In this document: piece by piece, positions 59,002 to 64,000 of the stretch | How the letters are laid out: every line of letters starts with the position of its first letter | Numbering within the stretch: position 1 is the first letter of the stretch | Source of the DNA: an uncultured delta proteobacterium | GTDB lineage: Bacteria > Myxococcota > Myxococcia > Myxococcales > Myxococcaceae | Length of the DNA stretch: 64,000 bases | Assembly: GCA_963796055.1 (NCBI GenBank) | Contig: CAWCKH010000004.1 | Span: 2,336,001-2,400,000, forward strand | Direction: 5' to 3' | Notes under the pieces: model-generated | What the model was told of the DNA's origin: nothing | Databases searched by the model: none | The model's input: the letters and a program-made list of their open reading frames with translations, nothing else | Translations under genes and position numbers: made by a program

Positions 59002-60618
59002 ATGACGGCCAAACATCTCCTCTTCCGGACCACTGCCCAGGAGAAGGTCCTCCGAGGCCTCTCCCAGCTGGCCGACGCGGTCCGGGTCACCCTCGGACCC
59101 ACGGCCAAGGCCATCCTCATCGAGCGAAAGTGGGGACGGCCGCTGGTGAGTGATGACGGGGTGACCATTGCCAAGGAGTTCGAGCTCGAGGACCCGGAGG
59201 AGAACCTGGGCGTCCAGCTGGGCCGAGAGCCTGCGGAGCGCACCCAGGCGGCGGTGGGGGACGGAACGACCACCGCCACCCTCCTGACCCATGCCCTGGT
59301 TGCCGAAGGCTGGCGCAACGTGGTCGCCGGGGCGAGCGCGATCGAGCTGAAGCGTGGCCTCGAGCACGGGCTGGCCCTGGTGGTGGCCGGGCTGAAGGGT
59401 GTGTCTCGCCCGGTCCAGAGCCGGAAGGAGAAGGCGCAGGTCGCGACCATCTCCGCGCACGGCGATACGACCATCGGCAACCTGGTTGCTGACGCGATCG
59501 AGAAGGTGGGCGGGGAGGGCGTGATCTCGGTGGAGGAGGCGAAGGGGACGGAGACCGCACTCGAGGTGGTGGAGGGAATGCAGTTCGACCAGGGCTACCT
59601 CTCACCCTACTTCGTGACCGATGCCGAGCGGATGGAGTGCGTGCTCCAGGACGCGATGGTGCTCCTCTACGGCAAGCGGATCTCCACCCTCGAGGGCTTG
59701 GTCCCGGTCCTGGAGCAGGTGGTGAAGACCGGTCGGTCTCTGCTGGTCGTGGCCGAGGACGTGGACGGCGAGGCGCTGGCCACGCTGGTGGTGAACAAGG
59801 TCCGGGGGACGCTGCACTGCGCGGCGGTGAAGGCCCCGGGCTTCGGCGACCGGCGGAAGGCCCTGCTCGAGGACATGGCCGTTCTCACCGGCGGCCAGGT
59901 GCTGGCGGAGGAGCTGGGCGTGAAGCTGGAGACGGTCAACCTCTCCATGCTCGGGAGGGTCCAGCGCGTGGTGCTGGACCGGGAGCACACCACGCTCGTG
60001 GGCGGGGCCGGGGACAAGCAGGCGATCCAGGCCCGACTGGAACAGCTTCGCCGGGAGATCAAACGAACCACCTCCGACTACGACAAGGAGAAGCTCCAGG
60101 AACGGCTGGGTAAGCTCGCCGGCGGGGTGGCGGTCATCCGGGTGGGCGCTGCCTCCGAGACCGAGCTGAAGAGCCGGAAGGACGCTTTCGATGACGCGAT
60201 CAACTCCACCCGCGCCGCGGTGGCGGAGGGGATTGTCCCCGGGGCAGGGCTGGCCTTCCTCCGAGCCCGCGAACTCCTGTCGAAGGAGGAGCCGAAGCTC
60301 GAGGGAGACCGGCGCACCGCGGTGCGGATCCTCGGGACGGCGCTGGAGATCATCACCCGGCAGATTGCCCAGAACTCTGGAATGGACCCGGGCGTGGTGG
60401 TGGACCGGATGCGCAGCGGGACGGGGAGCTTCGGACTGGATGCCTCCCGAGGAGCGTACGTCGACCTCACCGAGGCCGGGGTCATCGACGCCACCAAGGT
60501 GCTCCGGGTCGCGCTGGAGAACGCGGTTTCCACCGCCGGCGTGCTCCTCTTGGCCGAGGGGACCATGACCGAAGTCCGCTCCAAGAAGGACGAGGAGAAG
60601 GCGCCGCTCACCGAGTAG
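59002..60618 (+). CDS. groEL: Chaperonin GroEL paralog
   Basis: VRVTLGP, DGVTIAKE, GDGTTTAT, GMQFD.GYLSPYF, KAPGFGDRRK, KLAGGVAVI; no GGM tail. Confidence 0.96.
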   Translation: MTAKHLLFRTTAQEKVLRGLSQLADAVRVTLGPTAKAILIERKWGRPLVSDDGVTIAKEFELEDPEENLGVQLGREPAERTQAAVGDGTTTATLLTHALVAEGWRNVVAGASAIELKRGLEHGLALVVAGLKGVSRPVQSRKEKAQVATISAHGDTTIGNLVADAIEKVGGEGVISVEEAKGTETALEVVEGMQFDQGYLSPYFVTDAERMECVLQDAMVLLYGKRISTLEGLVPVLEQVVKTGRSLLVVAEDVDGEALATLVVNKVRGTLHCAAVKAPGFGDRRKALLEDMAVLTGGQVLAEELGVKLETVNLSMLGRVQRVVLDREHTTLVGGAGDKQAIQARLEQLRREIKRTTSDYDKEKLQERLGKLAGGVAVIRVGAASETELKSRKDAFDDAINSTRAAVAEGIVPGAGLAFLRARELLSKEEPKLEGDRRTAVRILGTALEIITRQIAQNSGMDPGVVVDRMRSGTGSFGLDASRGAYVDLTEAGVIDATKVLRVALENAVSTAGVLLLAEGTMTEVRSKKDEEKAPLTE

Positions 60619-61906
60619 CTGCGAGGGGAGCGAGGCGCGGTCCGGGTCTCCCGGCGCCCCCTCCCTGTTCAGCAGTCGCCATCCCGCAGTTCCGGCTCGG
60701 GTTGCGGCGTTCTCCGTCAGCCCCGGAGCACTCCGCAGCAAGGGCGTTCCGAGCGCTCCTCGTGGTCGCTCTCGCGGCGGCCGCCGGGCCGGCGTCTCCA
60801 CGCTCGATGTAGACCCACAGTGCCTGGAGCCCTGCGGGTCCAGGCAGAATCCCGTGCCAGCCCTCGGGCAACTCGGGCGGTGCCCAGCGGAAGAGCCAGG
60901 CGGCATCCGCGGGCGAGAGATTGATGCAGCCGTGAGAGACCGCGGTCCCGAAGCGATCGTGCCAGTTGGCTCCATGGAGTGCGGTCTCTTCACCAAAAAA
61001 GAGGGAGTGGGGAACCTCTTCCACCAGGTAGGCGGCTCGGCGGCCGCGCATCTCCCCGTGCCGGAGCTTCAGCCAGACCCGGAAGAGCCCGGTCGGCGTT
61101 TCCCAGCCCCGCTTCCCGGTGGACACCAGGGTCGCGAAGACGAGGTGGTCACCCTCATACGCGGTGAGCACCTGCTCGAGCGCGTCCACGTGCACCCAGC
61201 GTTCCTGTGGGCCGATGCCGGCAGGTCGCGGATGCGCATGCGAAAGGCGAACCGCGTCTCGGGGGAGGGTTCCGCGAGACGTCTGGACCTTGGAGCCGAT
61301 GGAGATCACCTCGAGCGCCGTGTAGCGCTCCAGCACCACCGTGGCTCCCTTCGGATCGTCTGGCGCGTGCACCCGAACTCGGCGCAGCACCCACGCCAGC
61401 TCCGGGGGCGGCTCGGAGACTCCTTCAAGGGCGCTTCCGACAAGGAGCTTCACATCCGCTCGAGCAAGGAAGGTCCCATCCGGGCGTTCCAACCATTCGC
61501 TCGGACCGGCCGTGGGAGGCTTGAAGGCGAGGACATGTCCCCGGGCATGGTGACCGACGACTCTGGCCTCGCTTGACGCGCTGGAGTGAACCTCCGCCGA
61601 GCGGGCAATGACGCGCCCGTAGAGATAGTCGAAGGGCTCCCCGGTGCCCTCCGGGGGGGCCGCCGCCAAATATCGGCTGCGCACCGCCCCGAAGGGGTGA
61701 AGCAGAGTCCAGCCCTCGGGTGCCCCGCTCTCCTCGGCCACCTGCACCCGCTCTCCCCGCTCCAGCAGCCCGATGACCGGGCTGGTCGCACTCGGCGACT
61801 GCCGAATGTAGGCACGCTCCACGTCGAGCCAGGCCTCCGATGCCTCTGCGGCAACAGAGAGAAGCATCAAGACCGCAACCGGGGACCAGACCAAGGCTCT
61901 CTCCAA
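60608..61906 (-). CDS. L,D-transpeptidase (YkuD) with SH3-like domains
   Basis: Signal peptide; VSTGK...TPTG.F, ALHGA.WH..FG..VSHGCINL. Confidence 0.88.
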   Translation of the reverse strand: MERALVWSPVAVLMLLSVAAEASEAWLDVERAYIRQSPSATSPVIGLLERGERVQVAEESGAPEGWTLLHPFGAVRSRYLAAAPPEGTGEPFDYLYGRVIARSAEVHSSASSEARVVGHHARGHVLAFKPPTAGPSEWLERPDGTFLARADVKLLVGSALEGVSEPPPELAWVLRRVRVHAPDDPKGATVVLERYTALEVISIGSKVQTSRGTLPRDAVRLSHAHPRPAGIGPQERWVHVDALEQVLTAYEGDHLVFATLVSTGKRGWETPTGLFRVWLKLRHGEMRGRRAAYLVEEVPHSLFFGEETALHGANWHDRFGTAVSHGCINLSPADAAWLFRWAPPELPEGWHGILPGPAGLQALWVYIERGDAGPAAAARATTRSARNALAAECSGADGERRNPSRNCGMATAEQGGGAGRPGPRLAPLAATR

Positions 61907-61931
61907 GAGGAGTGGCGTTGGGTCTCCCTGG

Positions 61932-62073
61932 TGCGAAGGCCGTGCCGCGTCCGGGCTTCATCCAGCGCCGCGTGGCGGGCAAGTCACGCGTTGCTGAAAC
62001 CCTCCGCTCGAACGCGCAGGCTTTGCGTGAGCCGTCACCACGGATGAACCGGCTCTCTGGCATGGGTGATGCT
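61932..62073. promoter_or_regulatory. Divergent sigma54 promoters (ldt / BON) with enhancer palindrome
   Basis: Minus CGGCACGGCCTTCGCA (61947-61932); GCGCA-GGCTT-TGCGT (62014-62028); plus TGGCATGGGTGATGCT (62058-62073). Confidence 0.75.
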
Positions 62074-62114
62074 CTTCAGGGTGGCGAATCGCTAACCGAG
62101 AAAGGGACACCGAC

Positions 62115-62768
62115 ATGAGAACCGATGCAGACCTGCAGAGGGCAGTGCAAGAGGAGCTCTCGTTCGAGCCGACCATCGTCGCCACCGACATCGGGGTCAC
62201 GGTCAAGAATGGGATTGTCACCCTCTTCGGGACGGTTCCTGATTACACCAGCAAGTTGGCGGCCGAGAGGGCGGCAGAGCGCGTCGCCGGCGTGCGTGCG
62301 CTGGCCAAGGATCTCACTGTAAAGCTGCCCGGAGAGAGTCGGCGCTCGGACTCGGAGATCGCCGAGGCAGCGCTGAAGGCGTTTGCCTGGGACGTGCAGG
62401 TCCCAGAAAAGCGTCTCACGTTGGAGGTACAGAACGGGTTCGTGACGCTCAAGGGTGAGGTGAACTGGTATTTCCAGAGGAAGGCGGCCGAGGAGAACGT
62501 ACGGAAGCTGACCGGTGTCGTCGGGGTCAGCAATCAGATCACGATCAAGCCGAACCTCACCGCAAAGGAGGTCCGGTCGAAGATCGAATCGGCACTTCAG
62601 CGGCGGGCAGTCCGTGATGCCCGGCAAATCATCGTCGACGTGGAGGGCCGAACGGTCACCCTACGCGGTGAGGTTCACTCCTGGGCGGAGCGGGAAGACG
62701 CAGAGCTCGCTGCCTGGGCGGCGGAAGGAATTTCCGAGGTGCGCGACGAGATCCGGATTCGACCCTGA
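62115..62768 (+). CDS. Triple BON-domain protein (OsmY-like, no signal peptide)
   Basis: Three I.V.V..G.VTL.G.V repeats. Confidence 0.92.
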   Translation: MRTDADLQRAVQEELSFEPTIVATDIGVTVKNGIVTLFGTVPDYTSKLAAERAAERVAGVRALAKDLTVKLPGESRRSDSEIAEAALKAFAWDVQVPEKRLTLEVQNGFVTLKGEVNWYFQRKAAEENVRKLTGVVGVSNQITIKPNLTAKEVRSKIESALQRRAVRDARQIIVDVEGRTVTLRGEVHSWAEREDAELAAWAAEGISEVRDEIRIRP

Positions 62769-62808
62769 GCCGCAAGGACTCGGGCTCATGCCCGGCAAGG
62801 AGATACCC

Positions 62809-63048
62809 ATGAGGGTCGAACAGCTCATGTCCCATCCGGTACGCACCTGCTCGGCGAGCGACATGCTCGATCGCGCGGCTCGAATCATGTGGGGCACGAC
62901 GTGGGGTGCATCATCGTCGAGTCGGATGGTCGGGGTAGATGGGATCATCACCGGTCGCGACATCTGCATGGCCGGCCGCTTCGCCGGCAGGGCACTCTGG
63001 GAGATCCCGGTTGGCGAGGTGATGTCCCGTCCGGTGGAGACGGTTCAC
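62809..63048 (+). pseudogene. Truncated CBS-domain gene with compensating frameshifts
   Basis: AGGAG + MRVEQLMS..V.TC; -1 near 62892 and +1 near 62933 hide HDVGCIIVESDGR; then GIIT.RDICMA; similarity stops near 63048. Confidence 0.7.
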
Positions 63049-63231
63049 TGGCCGAGATCTGTGACCCGACTGACTCGACGACAGATCTTTCCTGGCAGCG
63101 AAGGTGATTCGTCCTCGCGCTTAGCAATCGGCGCCATCACCTTCGCTGCGTCCGTCGCCTTGTTCCAGAAGCGCCTCGGCTAAGCGCCGCGTGAGCCCAC
63201 CCGCGCAAGTGAGCAGATAGGATCGCGCTCC

Positions 63232-63246
63232 ACGCAAGTCTTGCGC
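63232..63246. promoter_or_regulatory. Enhancer palindrome upstream of GlsB/YeaQ-like gene
   Basis: ACGCA-AGTCT-TGCGC; degenerate -24/-12 (CG-CATGCCTGAT-GC, 63287-63300). Confidence 0.55.
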
Positions 63247-63329
63247 ACAGGATTCGCAGACTGCGCCTGGTCTCCAGCACTTGCCGCGCATGCCTGATGC
63301 ATTCATGTGCGGAGGAAGAAGGTGTCGCC

Positions 63330-63608
63330 ATGACCATGTTCGCATTCCTGAGCTGGATCGTGCTCGGAGCGGTGCTCGGAGCGGTGCTCGCGACAGTCTG
63401 GAAGGAACGAGGACTTACCCTGGCCTGGGGGACCGCGATCGGCGGGGTCGGCGGAGTGGTGGGCGGGTTGATCGCTCGGTTCGTCTTCCCGGCCGGGGCG
63501 GTCTTCGACGGGTTGGCGCTGGCCGCTGCCCTCGTGGGTGCAGTGGTGGCCATGTTCATCGCCAAGTCCCGCGTGGAGCACACGGACCGGCCAGGCGCCA
63601 CGGTCTGA
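63330..63608 (+). CDS. GlsB/YeaQ/YmgE (transglycosylase-associated) stress membrane protein
   Basis: WIVLGA..G..A, G..GG.VGG, A.VGAVV; three TMs. Confidence 0.75.
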   Translation: MTMFAFLSWIVLGAVLGAVLATVWKERGLTLAWGTAIGGVGGVVGGLIARFVFPAGAVFDGLALAAALVGAVVAMFIAKSRVEHTDRPGATV

Positions 63609-63682
63609 TCTGAGCAGGCGCCCGGGCGACTGGAACGGGACGCTGACGGTGCTTGGCTTCGAAGGGGTGACGTGTCCTTCCG

Positions 63683-64000
63683 TCACCCCTTGAGCACGCC
63701 CCACGGTCGCAGACGGGCGACCTTGCGTGCGATGCCCGCCCGCGCGACGACGTCCACCACCCGCTCCACGTCCTTGTACGCCAGCGGCGCCTCCTCGGCG
63801 AGCTCGGCATTCGAAGGGCAGCGGACCACGATACCCTGCGCTTCGAGCTCCTTGCGCAGGGCGTGGCCTTCCACGCGCCGCTTCGCCGCGTGGCGGCTGA
63901 GCGCGCGCCCCGCTCCGTGGCAGCAGCTGCCAAACGAGACCTCGTCCGAGCCGGCCGTCCCCACCAGCACGAAGGTCCGCGTCCCCATGCTCCCGGGAAC
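63683..64000 (-). CDS. rtcB: RtcB RNA ligase, C-terminal part (5' end outside window)
   Basis: PGSMGT, S.CHGAGR..SR, EEAP.AYKDV..VV, L.P..V.KG. Confidence 0.95.
   Translation of the reverse strand, partial: VPGSMGTRTFVLVGTAGSDEVSFGSCCHGAGRALSRHAAKRRVEGHALRKELEAQGIVVRCPSNAELAEEAPLAYKDVERVVDVVARAGIARKVARLRPWGVLKG

Overview
Very GC-rich bacterial DNA that looks myxobacterial (AgmX/GltJ-like GYF_2 protein, Ser/Thr kinases, PilZ and FYDLN proteins). About 1-46 kb is mostly core genome: ftsX-envC-(insert)-ctpA, an ECF sigma/anti-sigma pair, a GT2 glycosyltransferase, ftsY, RNase P RNA (rnpB), rnhA, a nucleoside-salvage cluster containing two paralogous outer-membrane beta-barrels, a pspA cluster, a Ser/Thr kinase followed by a 399-bp higher-order 23/25-bp tandem repeat and an AAA ATPase, an M1 peptidase, mltD, a tetraheme cytochrome c lipoprotein, a Fis-like protein and MscS. 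About 46.3-64 kb is an accessory, partly decaying stress/dormancy island: CBS proteins, PRTase plus hydrolase, M50-CBS protease, PolX-PHP, HPF-CSD, a frameshifted archaeal-type ATP-dependent DNA ligase, Hsp20, Prs, GroEL without GroES, L,D-transpeptidase, BON protein, RtcB, and remnants of atpD and nrdJ. The main discovery is regulatory. Seven intergenic regions of the island carry the same palindrome, (G)CGCA-N5-TGCG(C). Six of them also carry sigma54-type GG-N10-GC promoters, often on both strands. This points to a single enhancer-binding-protein regulon whose gene content parallels the mycobacterial DosR hypoxia regulon, with an added DNA/RNA end-repair kit. All calls come from motif recognition by eye; no database searches were run.
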